The notes beneath the pieces are model-generated. The model was given only the letters and a program-made list of their open reading frames with translations. It did no database searches and was not told the origin of the DNA. Both the position numbers and the translations under genes were made by a program. Source: Rubripirellula sp. (GTDB lineage: Bacteria; Planctomycetota; Planctomycetia; Pirellulales; Pirellulaceae). From it: DNA of 64,000 nt. Below are positions 10,070 through 22,057 of the stretch, one piece after another (position 1 is the first letter of the stretch; the number at the start of each line of letters is the position of its first letter). Location of the stretch: contig OZ244207.1 in NCBI GenBank assembly GCA_965216875.1, forward strand, positions 6,368,001-6,432,000, read 5' to 3'.

Positions 10070-13000
10070 GTGGTGTTTTCTGTGTCTTGCCCAATCCGGT
10101 TTTGTGCGCTGTTCGCCTTTGCCGCCGCTGCGATATTTTCGCATGCGGATGAGCCTGCGATGATTCAAGCGGTCGGCCCCAATGGCCAAGTCATTCGTAT
10201 GGCCGCGCCACAAGGAGGAAAGCCAGGGCGACCTGGCGGAGGTGAAAAGTCCAAGGGCGACGAAAAGAAAGGCAAGGAGGGCGAGGAAAGTTCTGGCAAA
10301 CCCAAAGAGGGTGAGAACGATTCACCCGAACCCAAGGTCATTCGCCGGGACGACGCAACGAGTGGTGATGCCGATCCAAACGAATTGAAGGCGACCGTTG
10401 GCGAAGATGGTCGTGTCGCGTTTCAGTTCCGCAATCAACCGTGGGTCGAACTAATCGAATGGCTTGCCGACATTTCGGACCAACCGCTTGATTGGCTCGA
10501 ACTTCCGGGAGACCGTGTCAACCTGCGATCACCAGGACGATATACGGTTGAACAGACACGAGACCTGTTCAATCGATACTTGCTCGCCCGTGGTTACACG
10601 CTCTTGGAACTGGACGGTGGATTGACGGTCGCAAAAACGGCCAAGATCAACCCTGCGATTGTTCCGCGAGTGAAGGTTGAACAGCTTGAGGCGATGCAAC
10701 CTCATACCTACGTTCGCGCCTTGATGGATGTGGGTTGGTTGTCGGCCGAAAAGTTGGCCGAAGAATTGAAGCCGATGATCAGCGAGAACGGACGCCTGAC
10801 GGCGCTCGCGACAACCAATCGCATCGAAGCGATGGATGCGGTCGTGAATTTGCGCGAAGTTGCCAACTTGCTCCAGCAAGAACGCGACAGCAACTCGCGC
10901 GACGCGCTTGCTCCTGAGTTCAAGCTTCGCTACTTGCCGGCCGAAGAGGCTAAGCAAATGCTTGAGCAGTTTCTCGGGATCGAAAAGAAGCAAGCCGCTC
11001 CGATGTCGCCGCAGCAGATGCAAATGATGGCTCAAATGCGGGCTCAGGGTGGCGGCAAAGGGGCGCCAGCCGAAAAGAAGGTTGAGGTTTCCATCGTCGC
11101 AAATCCACGACAAAACTCGGTCATCATTCGAGCTCCGATCGATCGAGTGGCCGTCGCGACCGAGTTCCTCAAACGCATCGATGTTGCAAGTGAGTCGATG
11201 GTTTCTCTTTCGGACATTCGATCCCGCGTACAGGTTTTTCGATTGGCATCGCTTGATCCTGAGAAGTTGATCGAGATTGTCAGTGAAATGAACATTCTGG
11301 AGCCCACAACGCGGGTCCGTGTCGACAAGGACAATAACGCGTTGATCGTTTCGGGGTCCGCGGCCGATCGCTTCATCATCACTTCGCTGATCGATCGACT
11401 TGATGGCAGCGGGCGGAAATTTGAAGTGTTGCAATTACGACGTTTGGACGCGACCGAAGTGGCCGAATCGATTGCCTTTTTGATGGGCCAGGAAGAGGAA
11501 AAGGAAGACAATAATTCGCGTCGGCGATACTATTTTGGTTACTACGGCAACGACGAAGAAGAAAAGAAGACAGATGAGTTTCGCGTTGCTGCCAACAGCC
11601 GCTATCGCCAAGTCTTGTTGTGGGCAAACGAACACGAAATGGCTGAGGTGCGATCATTGTTGATCAAGCTCGGCGAGCTTCCCCCGCCAGGTGGTAGTAA
11701 TCGAACGATTCGAACAATCGACGCCTCGGCAACGCCAGACACTTATGAGTATCTCAAGCGTCTGCGCCAACAATGGAATCGCTTGTCGCCGAATCCTTTG
11801 GAATTGCCTGAGGAGGGGCTCTTCAACGACCCCAACGAAAGACCGCAGCCAGTTGACGATGGTGAGGAGGGCGAGACGGATGATTCGGACGCGCCCGATT
11901 CCGTCGAGCCTTCGAAGGACGATCGAGTGGCAACGAGCGAGCGTCCAACCGTCGACTCGACCCAGTACCAATTTGCGATGGCTCAGGTTGCCACCTCGGC
12001 GCTCACGGCCGACGACGCCGAAGATGCGGATGTTCCGCGCAGCGACGAAGGGCCGATTCGTAGTTCCGAGGACTTCGATCGTGCGTTTCGTAACCAGCCA
12101 AGCGAACCACGTCGGCAGCCAGGCCAGCCACCGGCACCGGTGCGAATTGCCGTCGACCGCAACGGGAACCTGATTCTTCAAAGTACCGACACCGATGCAC
12201 TCGACCAGCTTGAAACGTTGATGTTGCAGGTCGCCCCGCCCCGCCGGCCGTATCAAGTGTTTCATATCGAGCACGCGTCAGCGTATTGGATGCGATTGAA
12301 TCTCGAAGACTATTTCGAGGAAGAAGAGGCTGACACCGACTCGGCCGCCGACTCGTTCTATCGTTGGTACTGGGATATGGATAGCGATGATTCCGACGAC
12401 GGGCCCACGGGCCTTGGAAAGGGGAACAAACTGAGGTTCGTTGATGACCCTGACACCAACACGTTGGTTGTCACCGGCGCAACCTCCGAGCAGCTAAGGA
12501 CGATCGCGGAATTGATCGAGCTTTGGGACGTGCCAGAACCCGTGAACAAGCGAAAGACACGCTTCACGAAGTTGGTGCACCTGGAATACGGTCGTGCCGA
12601 ACAGATCTCTGAAACGGTCAAAGAAGCCTATCGCGACTTGCTTAGCAGCAACGACAAATCGTTTAGCGGCGGTCGCGGACAAGGCCAAGGCGGAGGAGGC
12701 GGAAAAAGCGAAGACGTCGCCAAGAGTCGTGATGGTGGCGGGAGTGGCCTCGCCGATAGCGAGAGTGGTCGCGAAGGGGGCGGTGCCGATTTTTCGTTCA
12801 AGGGAAAACTGTCGCTGGGAATCGATCAAACCGGAAACACCCTGTTGGTCAGTGCCGAGGGCGAGCCTCTCTTGGAACTGGTTTGCGACATGATCAAGCA
12901 GCTTGACCAAGCGGCCCGACCAACGGGTGATGTTGAAGTCATGCAGTTTTCCGGCGACATCAGTGCCTCGTCGCTTGAACAGGCATTGCGCGCACTTGGC

Positions 13001-13087
13001 GCGGAGCCAACGGCAGCGCCAAAGCGACCTAACGGGCGGCCGAATGGACGTCCGACGCCACAAGGTGAAAAACCGGGCACGAATTAG
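10070..13087 (+). CDS. Secretin N-terminal-domain repeat protein (GspD-like N0 + multiple N3/NolW-like repeats, no secretin barrel)
   Basis: Signal peptide; FQFRNQPWVELIEWLA N0-like segment; about six to seven repeats ending in ...D..xNxLIVxG...LD; acidic linkers; Pro/Gly-rich C-terminus. Confidence 0.8.
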   Translation: MVFSVSCPIRFCALFAFAAAAIFSHADEPAMIQAVGPNGQVIRMAAPQGGKPGRPGGGEKSKGDEKKGKEGEESSGKPKEGENDSPEPKVIRRDDATSGDADPNELKATVGEDGRVAFQFRNQPWVELIEWLADISDQPLDWLELPGDRVNLRSPGRYTVEQTRDLFNRYLLARGYTLLELDGGLTVAKTAKINPAIVPRVKVEQLEAMQPHTYVRALMDVGWLSAEKLAEELKPMISENGRLTALATTNRIEAMDAVVNLREVANLLQQERDSNSRDALAPEFKLRYLPAEEAKQMLEQFLGIEKKQAAPMSPQQMQMMAQMRAQGGGKGAPAEKKVEVSIVANPRQNSVIIRAPIDRVAVATEFLKRIDVASESMVSLSDIRSRVQVFRLASLDPEKLIEIVSEMNILEPTTRVRVDKDNNALIVSGSAADRFIITSLIDRLDGSGRKFEVLQLRRLDATEVAESIAFLMGQEEEKEDNNSRRRYYFGYYGNDEEEKKTDEFRVAANSRYRQVLLWANEHEMAEVRSLLIKLGELPPPGGSNRTIRTIDASATPDTYEYLKRLRQQWNRLSPNPLELPEEGLFNDPNERPQPVDDGEEGETDDSDAPDSVEPSKDDRVATSERPTVDSTQYQFAMAQVATSALTADDAEDADVPRSDEGPIRSSEDFDRAFRNQPSEPRRQPGQPPAPVRIAVDRNGNLILQSTDTDALDQLETLMLQVAPPRRPYQVFHIEHASAYWMRLNLEDYFEEEEADTDSAADSFYRWYWDMDSDDSDDGPTGLGKGNKLRFVDDPDTNTLVVTGATSEQLRTIAELIELWDVPEPVNKRKTRFTKLVHLEYGRAEQISETVKEAYRDLLSSNDKSFSGGRGQGQGGGGGKSEDVAKSRDGGGSGLADSESGREGGGADFSFKGKLSLGIDQTGNTLLVSAEGEPLLELVCDMIKQLDQAARPTGDVEVMQFSGDISASSLEQALRALGAEPTAAPKRPNGRPNGRPTPQGEKPGTN

Positions 13088-13344
13088 GGAGCGATTGCGA
13101 AAACTTGGCAAAACGCCAAGCCTTGTACATTTGGCACCAAGTTCTTAGCCTTTCTTGTTGCCGGTTCGCGGGAAAACACGCTTCGTCGATCCTCTGAGAG
13201 TCTTCAAAAAGGCCCTCGCTTCAAGAACGCATGACCGTCTGTGGGTAGATTGAAGCCTGCGAGACGGCGATCGACCAAGGATCCAGTGGGTCTACGCTGT
13301 CGCTTTTTCCCGCTCCCTTACCTTTCTCTTTCCCTTCGCAGCCG

Positions 13345-16104
13345 ATGCATCGTCCTCTATCGCACCGGTGGGCTGCATTTGTGACAACCCGATGGTGGTT
13401 GGTGGTCCTGGTTTGGATCGTCATTGCTGTTGCGATTCGGCTCGTTGCGCCCTCGTGGAAAGAGGTGGCTTACGACGGCGACTTCGAATACCTGCCCTCG
13501 CAAATGAGCAGTGTCGCGGGAGGCCATTTGCTTGACGAGGCATTCCCGGGTGAACGCGCGCGTAGCCAAGTCGTGCTTGTGCTTGGTCGCGAAACAGGGT
13601 CGCTGTCCAAACGCGACGAGATCGTTGGGCTTGATCTGCTTCGCCGATTGCAACACCGCCTCGGCGAAGTCTCCTGGCAGCGCGCGATCGAATATGGCTA
13701 TGAAGGCGGGCCGCCCGTGGATGGGCATCCTTCGGCAGCGTGGTTGCGTATGGCGCGCGAGGCGTTTGACCAATCGATTGCCGCCGACGATTCGTTCTAT
13801 GAAAAGATCAGCGAGCAGGTGCCGCCGGACGATCCGACACCGCAAGAGCCGCGGATGGCAATCTCGTACTACGATCGCGGCAAGTTGCTCGAAGCATGGG
13901 AAGAGTCTCCCGAAGCCATCGAAGACGATTTTGAATCGGCACTCGTGCTGATGGAGCAATTGCCAGAACGGGTCAAGCCGATCGAAGAACGAGACCTGGG
14001 GCCTTGGAAGACGATGATTGACGTCTTCTCTTGGGACGACAAAGTGGTTGGGCCAAAACTCAAAGCCGACGGCGCCCAGTTGGCCGTGATGCAGCTATCT
14101 AGCGAGTTGGCGGCAACTTCAAACATCGCAACGATTGAAGAAGTCCAACGTTTGCTCGATCGCGTGATGCAATATAGCGGTCACTTTACCGATCCCGGCT
14201 TAAAGCTGCATATGACCGGATCGGCCGCGATTGGTGGCGAGACATTGCTCGCCGCACGCGACGCGATTCAGTACACCGAATGGATCACGGTCTTTATGAT
14301 TCTGTTGATCTTGGCGGTTGTTTATCGGGCGCCGTTGCTGGTTGCGATTCCGATGATCTCCATCGGGTTCGCCGTGCTGGTTGCGATGTCGCTGGTCGCG
14401 CTGCTGACCGACCTGTCGATGCGCGAGACGATTCCAGGCTTGGACATGCGGGTCTTCACCACAAGCCACATCTTTGTGGTGGTGATTCTGTTCGGTGCCG
14501 GAACGGACTACTGCCTGTTCCTGATTGCTCGACTCCGCGAGGAGGCTTCCAAGACGGTCTGGCCTGTTGCTTGCCGCAATGCGCTTTCGGGCGTGATGAG
14601 CGCATTGATGGGCAGCGCCATGACGACGGTTTTTGGATTGGCGATGCTTTGGTTTGCTCAGTTTGGCAAATTCCATTACACCGGACCGGTCATCGCGATC
14701 TGTTTGCTGGTGGGCTTGCTTGTTTGCACGACGTTGACTCCTGCCCTGTTGGCGGCGATTGGTCCCAAGGTCTTTTGGCCGTCGCGTCTGCCGCCCTACA
14801 ACGCGGGTAAACTGTCCATCTTTGGCGATCCAAGTGAACCTCGTGGGAACCTGGGGAGTGGTTTATGGAGCTGGGTCGCCTTGATGTTGACCCGGCGACC
14901 GCTCGGCACCTTCTTCATTGGGATGGGAATCCTGTTGGTGCCAGCCTACGTCGGCGTGAAGAACGAAAACGCCGTCACTTACGACTTGAGCAGCCAGCTC
15001 AATCACTCGGCTTCGAGTCGTCAGGGATTGCGACTGCTGGCTCAGCATTTCGAAATGGGCGATATCAATCCAGCGACGGTGTTGATCAAACGTCCCGAGG
15101 AAACGGATCGCGAAACCTTCAGCAAGCAGATTCGAGAACTGTCGATCGGGCTCTACGCAGTGCCCGGGGTCGAATCGGTGCGTACGGCCGACGATCCCAT
15201 GGGCGACTTTCCGCCTGATCGGGACATGGGCGTGTTCGACAGCGACTCGTTGCGTCGGCGGATGCTGAAGAACCACAGCATCGCTCAACGATATTACTTT
15301 TCGTCGATTCCCGAATTCGAGAACCGTCTTGCCCGCCTGGACGTGATTATCGATGCGGATCCCTTTTCGACCGAGGCGGCCGATGTGGTCCTGCGGGTTT
15401 CGGAATTCTTGAAAGAACAAACGAGCGAAGATCAGCCCGAGAGTACTCTTGGCGGAGTTTGGCGAGGCGCAGAAGTTTCGATCACCGGTACGACTCCGTC
15501 CATTATTGATTTGCGAAAGGTCACGATTTCAGACAACCGCCGCATCAAAGTGGCCGTCGTGATCGCCGTCTTTGCGGTGTTGGTTTTGGTGATCCGCCGC
15601 GTCGGTCTGTGCCTCTATTTGATCGTTACCGTGCTGGTCAGCTACTACGCAACGCTCGGCTTGACCTATCTGTTTTTCAAGTCAGCCTACGGAAGCGATT
15701 TCGTGGGACTCGATTGGAAGTTGCCGTTGTTCCTGTTCGTGATCTTGGTCGCGATCGGCCAAGACTACAACGTGTACCTCGTGACGCGAATTGTCGAAGA
15801 GGAGCGGCGCCTCGGTTGGCTCGCTGCCATCCGCCGTGCGGTTGCCAGAACCGGTGGCATTATCACGGCCTGTGGATTGGTCATGGCAGCAACGTTTCTG
15901 AGCATGACGGCGGCGGCGTGGCTGCCACCACTGCTTGAATGGTTGGAACTCTCACCCAAGGCGGCCAACACCGCCCTTCGAGGCATCGTCGAACTCGGCT
16001 TTGCCTTAGGACTTGGAGTCTTGATCGACACGTTTTACGTTCGAACGATTCTCGTTCCAAGCTTTGTCGCATTGATCGGGCAGTGGTCCAAAGCACGATC
16101 TTGA
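13345..16104 (+). CDS. MmpL family transporter
   Basis: RWWLVVLVW TM1; TGSAAI; conserved GAGTDY and AIGQDY motifs; ARTGGIITACGLVMAATF; GVLIDTFYVRTILVPS. Confidence 0.93.
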   Translation: MHRPLSHRWAAFVTTRWWLVVLVWIVIAVAIRLVAPSWKEVAYDGDFEYLPSQMSSVAGGHLLDEAFPGERARSQVVLVLGRETGSLSKRDEIVGLDLLRRLQHRLGEVSWQRAIEYGYEGGPPVDGHPSAAWLRMAREAFDQSIAADDSFYEKISEQVPPDDPTPQEPRMAISYYDRGKLLEAWEESPEAIEDDFESALVLMEQLPERVKPIEERDLGPWKTMIDVFSWDDKVVGPKLKADGAQLAVMQLSSELAATSNIATIEEVQRLLDRVMQYSGHFTDPGLKLHMTGSAAIGGETLLAARDAIQYTEWITVFMILLILAVVYRAPLLVAIPMISIGFAVLVAMSLVALLTDLSMRETIPGLDMRVFTTSHIFVVVILFGAGTDYCLFLIARLREEASKTVWPVACRNALSGVMSALMGSAMTTVFGLAMLWFAQFGKFHYTGPVIAICLLVGLLVCTTLTPALLAAIGPKVFWPSRLPPYNAGKLSIFGDPSEPRGNLGSGLWSWVALMLTRRPLGTFFIGMGILLVPAYVGVKNENAVTYDLSSQLNHSASSRQGLRLLAQHFEMGDINPATVLIKRPEETDRETFSKQIRELSIGLYAVPGVESVRTADDPMGDFPPDRDMGVFDSDSLRRRMLKNHSIAQRYYFSSIPEFENRLARLDVIIDADPFSTEAADVVLRVSEFLKEQTSEDQPESTLGGVWRGAEVSITGTTPSIIDLRKVTISDNRRIKVAVVIAVFAVLVLVIRRVGLCLYLIVTVLVSYYATLGLTYLFFKSAYGSDFVGLDWKLPLFLFVILVAIGQDYNVYLVTRIVEEERRLGWLAAIRRAVARTGGIITACGLVMAATFLSMTAAAWLPPLLEWLELSPKAANTALRGIVELGFALGLGVLIDTFYVRTILVPSFVALIGQWSKARS

Positions 16105-16113
16105 GTGTTCTCA

Positions 16114-16206
16114 CGTGAGCCGCTGGCCGTAAGGCCTCGGGCCCTTGCCGACGCGCAGCTAGGGTGAAGGCGAGTAAGGCCCGGCCGCTTACGCGATCGC
16201 GGCTCA
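16114..16206. repeat. REP-like doublet, family B
   Basis: Left arm GTGAGCCGCTGGCCGTAAGGCCTCGGGCC, inverted right arm GGCCCGGCCGCTTACGCGATCGCGGCTCA; arms recur at about 19032, 19170, 19247, 60176 and 60346. Confidence 0.88.
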
Positions 16207-16230
16207 GTTGTTTGAGCTTGGGTAACGCTG

Positions 16231-16294
16231 GTTCGTCGTACCACCTTTAGGCGGAAGAGCCTGACGATTCCGGCTAAAGCACGGTGCCACAAAC
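16231..16294. repeat. REP-like doublet, family D
   Basis: GTTCGTCGTACCACCTTTAGGCGGAA...TTCCGGCTAAAGCACGGTGCCACAAAC; homologous to 55008-55069. Confidence 0.8.
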
Positions 16295-16299
16295 TGGGC

Positions 16300-16779
16300 C
16301 TAGTCGCCGACGCCGATGTCATCATCCATCGCTGTGAGGATCAGCTTGAATTCCGCTTCTTCGTGTTGTTGGAACGCGTCGCGAAATTGCGCAAAGTCGT
16401 GAAGGAAACGAGTCACTTGCTCGTGGCTTTCCGATGAGACTTCCAATGCGACATCGGCAAGATCTCGAATTCGAGCAAATAGCAACGCGTGCTGACTTCG
16501 CAAGAACTCGGCCGATGTGGAGAGCTCGGGGGCGGTCACGATCGCTTCGTCAAAGTAACCGTATGCTTCTTCAAGCGAAAAGTGCAACGCAAGCTGATCA
16601 CGCAATTCGGCAAACAGCTCGATCAACTCGTGCCAGTGATTGGTTGCAGTCTGAGCGTGTTCGGCAAGAGGCCGAATACGGTCGAGCAGGTTCTTCAAAT
16701 CCCGATTGTCATCCTTGATGTCTTTTAAGAACGCCGCGTTGACCGTTAATCGACGCGTGGTTGTTCTTGAGGTACTCAT
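16300..16779 (-). CDS. Hemerythrin/HHE cation-binding domain protein
   Basis: Helical protein with HFSLEE, QH and HEEAE motifs; start uncertain (16779, 16791 or 16806). Confidence 0.8.
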   Translation of the reverse strand: MSTSRTTTRRLTVNAAFLKDIKDDNRDLKNLLDRIRPLAEHAQTATNHWHELIELFAELRDQLALHFSLEEAYGYFDEAIVTAPELSTSAEFLRSQHALLFARIRDLADVALEVSSESHEQVTRFLHDFAQFRDAFQQHEEAEFKLILTAMDDDIGVGD

Positions 16780-16924
16780 ACCTATCCCCATTTGAGCAGA
16801 TACCATTGTAGCCCAAACGTCCGGAAAATGCGAAACAAAAGACGATACCGCTGCTGCGTCTTCGGTTCATTGTGCGGGCTTTTTGCGGAGTTTCAACGGA
16901 ATTGCATGCGGACGAAAACGATCC

Positions 16925-17896
16925 CTACGCGATTTCGATCGGAAGCGGGATCACTTCGCCAATCGTTCGTGCGCCGGTCATTGCCATCAGCAGTCGATCG
17001 ACGCCGAGTGCGACTCCAGCGGATTGCGGCAAACCGGAACGCATTGCCGCCAGTAATGTCGTCTCCTCGTTAAGCGCCGGTCGGCCAAGAGCACGGCGCT
17101 GCTGGTTGCTTTTTCGATAGCGGCTCTTCAGCTCATCCGCATCGAGCAGTTCGTCGTAGCCATTGGCAAGTTCGATCCCGTCGACAAACAATTCGAACCT
17201 CGCAGCACATCGCGGATCGCTTGTCGACGTTTTGGCCAGCGCGGCTTGAGAGAGGGGATAGTCGGTCAAGATCAGCGGGACGCTCTGTCCGAGTTTGGGC
17301 TGAACGGTGCGTGACAAGATGACGTCAAGCAAAGCGTCGCGATCATTGCCGATCGATTGGGCAAGCGACGCATCGATTTGGCTCGCGTGATCGACGAGCG
17401 TTTTGACAGGTGCTTCGAGAGGATCGAAGCCAGCCACTTGTTGAAACGCCTCGCGATACGACGCGGTCTCGTACCGATCGTGCCCCAAGGTCTCGCAGGC
17501 GAGATTGCCGAGCGTTTCGATTCCTTGTGCCGCGCTGGCACCGACTTCGTACCATTCCAGCATGGTGAATTCGGTGTTGTGTAGGTCGCCACGTTCGCCG
17601 GCTCGGAACACGGGGACGATGCTGTAGATCGACGGTGCACCGGCGGCCAACATCCGCTTCATCGCTGATTCGGGCGAGGTCTGTAGGAAGAATTCATCCG
17701 CCATCCCTTCAACGCTGATTCCGAACTGGCATGAAGGGACGGTGATCGGATCAAGGTAGGTGTCGACCACACAATCGCGACTCAAGCAGGGTGGTTGAAC
17801 TTCAAGGAATCCCCGTTCGTCAAAGAAGGATCGGACGAGGCGAAGCAGCTGGGCACGCTGGCGAAGGAACTTGAGGTTGGGGGTCACTGGGTTCAC
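16925..17896 (-). CDS. epmA: EF-P lysine aminoacylase (LysRS catalytic-domain paralogue)
   Basis: LRQRAQLL..VRSFF..RGFLEV, LQTSPE..MKRML, HNTEFTMLEWY, RFELFVDGIELANGYDEL, GVALGVDRLLM; no anticodon-binding domain. Start moved to GTG 17896 to avoid overlap with the divergent gene. Confidence 0.92.
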   Translation of the reverse strand: MNPVTPNLKFLRQRAQLLRLVRSFFDERGFLEVQPPCLSRDCVVDTYLDPITVPSCQFGISVEGMADEFFLQTSPESAMKRMLAAGAPSIYSIVPVFRAGERGDLHNTEFTMLEWYEVGASAAQGIETLGNLACETLGHDRYETASYREAFQQVAGFDPLEAPVKTLVDHASQIDASLAQSIGNDRDALLDVILSRTVQPKLGQSVPLILTDYPLSQAALAKTSTSDPRCAARFELFVDGIELANGYDELLDADELKSRYRKSNQQRRALGRPALNEETTLLAAMRSGLPQSAGVALGVDRLLMAMTGARTIGEVIPLPIEIA

Positions 17897-17959
17897 CAAG
17901 TGTGTGGATTCGATCGGTCGTGCCTTGTCGCTCGGACGTTGAGTGTTCAAGATGCCGGT

Positions 17960-19000
17960 ATGAGTCATTCGCGAGAGAACCGGTACGCACGCCAAACGCA
18001 ATTTGCGGCAATTGGAACGGAAGGCCAGAGTCGTCTTTCCAACTCGCGTGTTGCCGTATTGGGATGTGGCGCGCTCGGTACCGTGGCAGCAGAGATTTTG
18101 ACGCGGGCCGGCGTGAAGTGTCTACGCCTGATCGATCGCGATGTCGTCGAATGGACCAACTTGCAGCGTCAGGCGTTGTTCGAAGAGCGTGATGCGATCG
18201 ATGCCGCCTCGAAAGCACAGGCCGCTGCCGAGCATCTCGCGCGGATCAATCGTGACGTTGAGCTTGTCCCCGTCGTCACGGATGTTTCTGCGGCCAATGT
18301 GGGTGCGGCGATCGCCGACGTCGACTTGGTGATCGATGCGGCCGACAATTTCGCTCTGCGGTTCTTGCTCAATGATTGGTCGCTTGCCAACGAAACACCG
18401 TGGGTGCATGGCGGTTGCGTCGGCGCAACGGGCCAAGTGAGGTTCTTTGACGGAAAGGGAACGCCCTGTTTTCGCTGCGTCGTTCCTGAGCCGCCACCCG
18501 CTTCGGCGGTCGATACCTGCGACACCGCCGGTGTGGTCGGATCGGCAACGCACACGATTGCCAGTCTGCAGGCGACCGAAGCGATCAAATGGTTGTCGGG
18601 TGCTCGCGACGCCGTTCGCGACACGATGCTGTCGATCGATCTTTGGAACAATCGCATTCGCGAAATCTCGATCAGCCGCAGCATCGGCGCGACTTGCACG
18701 GCATGCGGTGAGCGAAGACTGGAGTTTCTTGACGGGTCGCGCGGCAATGCGGGGCCAGCAGTGACCCTATGCGGGCGTGATGCCGTTCAAATACAAGCCG
18801 AAAGCGAGAGTGATGTGAACTTGGACAAGGTCGCCGATCGCTGGGAGGGAATCGGCCGCGTTCAATCGACGCGTTTCTTCGTCCGTCTTCATGTCGATCC
18901 CTTCACTGTCACGCTCTTTCGCGATGGTCGCACCGTGGTCTCCGGAACCGACGATCTCGCCAAAGCGAGGTCCATCGCCTCGCAGTACGTCGGCCAATAG
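17960..19000 (+). CDS. ThiF/MoeB family adenylyltransferase
   Basis: RYARQ, GCGALG, IDRDVVEWTNLQRQ, DNF..R, CFRC and CTAC Zn pairs, TCDTAGV, C-terminal LFRDGR extension. Confidence 0.92.
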   Translation: MSHSRENRYARQTQFAAIGTEGQSRLSNSRVAVLGCGALGTVAAEILTRAGVKCLRLIDRDVVEWTNLQRQALFEERDAIDAASKAQAAAEHLARINRDVELVPVVTDVSAANVGAAIADVDLVIDAADNFALRFLLNDWSLANETPWVHGGCVGATGQVRFFDGKGTPCFRCVVPEPPPASAVDTCDTAGVVGSATHTIASLQATEAIKWLSGARDAVRDTMLSIDLWNNRIREISISRSIGATCTACGERRLEFLDGSRGNAGPAVTLCGRDAVQIQAESESDVNLDKVADRWEGIGRVQSTRFFVRLHVDPFTVTLFRDGRTVVSGTDDLAKARSIASQYVGQ

Positions 19001-19013
19001 TCCGTCTCTCCTC

Positions 19014-19392
19014 GTTCGTAGTGCACCTGCCCGTGAGCCGCTGGCCGTGAGGCCTCGGGCCCTAGCCCCCACGTGCACGGTTCGTAGCTACCTTCGCCAG
19101 AAGGTGGTTCCCATTGGTAGACCGCTAGCCGCGATCACCACGCCCTGGCGAGCGTAACGTAGGTGTATAGGCCCGGCCGCTTACGCGATCGCGGCTCACA
19201 GGTGAGTGGCAAGGCGCTAGCCGCCGGTTCTTCAATCACGCCTGCCCGTGAGCCGTTGGCCGTGAGGCCTCGGGCCCTAGCCCCACGTGCACGGTTCGTA
19301 GCTACCTTCGCCAGAAGGTGGTTCCCATTGGTACACCGCTACCCGCGATCACCACGCTCTGGCGAGCGTAGCTACGTCGGTGTATCGGCCCG
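19014..19392. repeat. Tandemly duplicated nested REP composite (family C doublet inside family B doublet)
   Basis: Direct repeat with a 215-bp period (starts 19026 and 19241); inner arms CGTAGCTACCTTCGCCAGAAGGTGG / CCACGCTCTGGCGAGCGTAGCTACG. Confidence 0.92.
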
Positions 19393-19419
19393 ACGTTCGG
19401 TGTTGAAGCCAGACCCAAC

Positions 19420-19455
19420 AAAAAAAGCGGCCACGCATGTTGTTGCGTGGCCGCT
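19420..19455 (-). terminator. Rho-independent terminator of clpC
   Basis: 12-bp stem AGCGGCCACGCA/TGCGTGGCCGCT with an A7 run (U-tail on the minus strand), 35 bp after the clpC stop. Confidence 0.85.
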
Positions 19456-19489
19456 GTCATTCGGAGTCCGACTCAAATGAGTTGGTTGA

Positions 19490-22057
<2,568 letters not shown>

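Noticed and set aside
13129..13148. TTGGCAC as a sigma-54 promoter for the MmpL gene
   Set aside because: There is no GC at the required GG-N10-GC spacing.
17795..18001. Apparent head-to-head overlap of epmA and the ThiF-family gene
   Set aside because: Artefact of longest-ORF starts; the conserved regions begin near 17896 and 17960 and do not overlap.
19026..19392. Possible CRISPR array, or small ORFs 18891-19157 and 19163-19480
   Set aside because: Only two long units with near-identical interiors; the ORFs are translations of the repeats.
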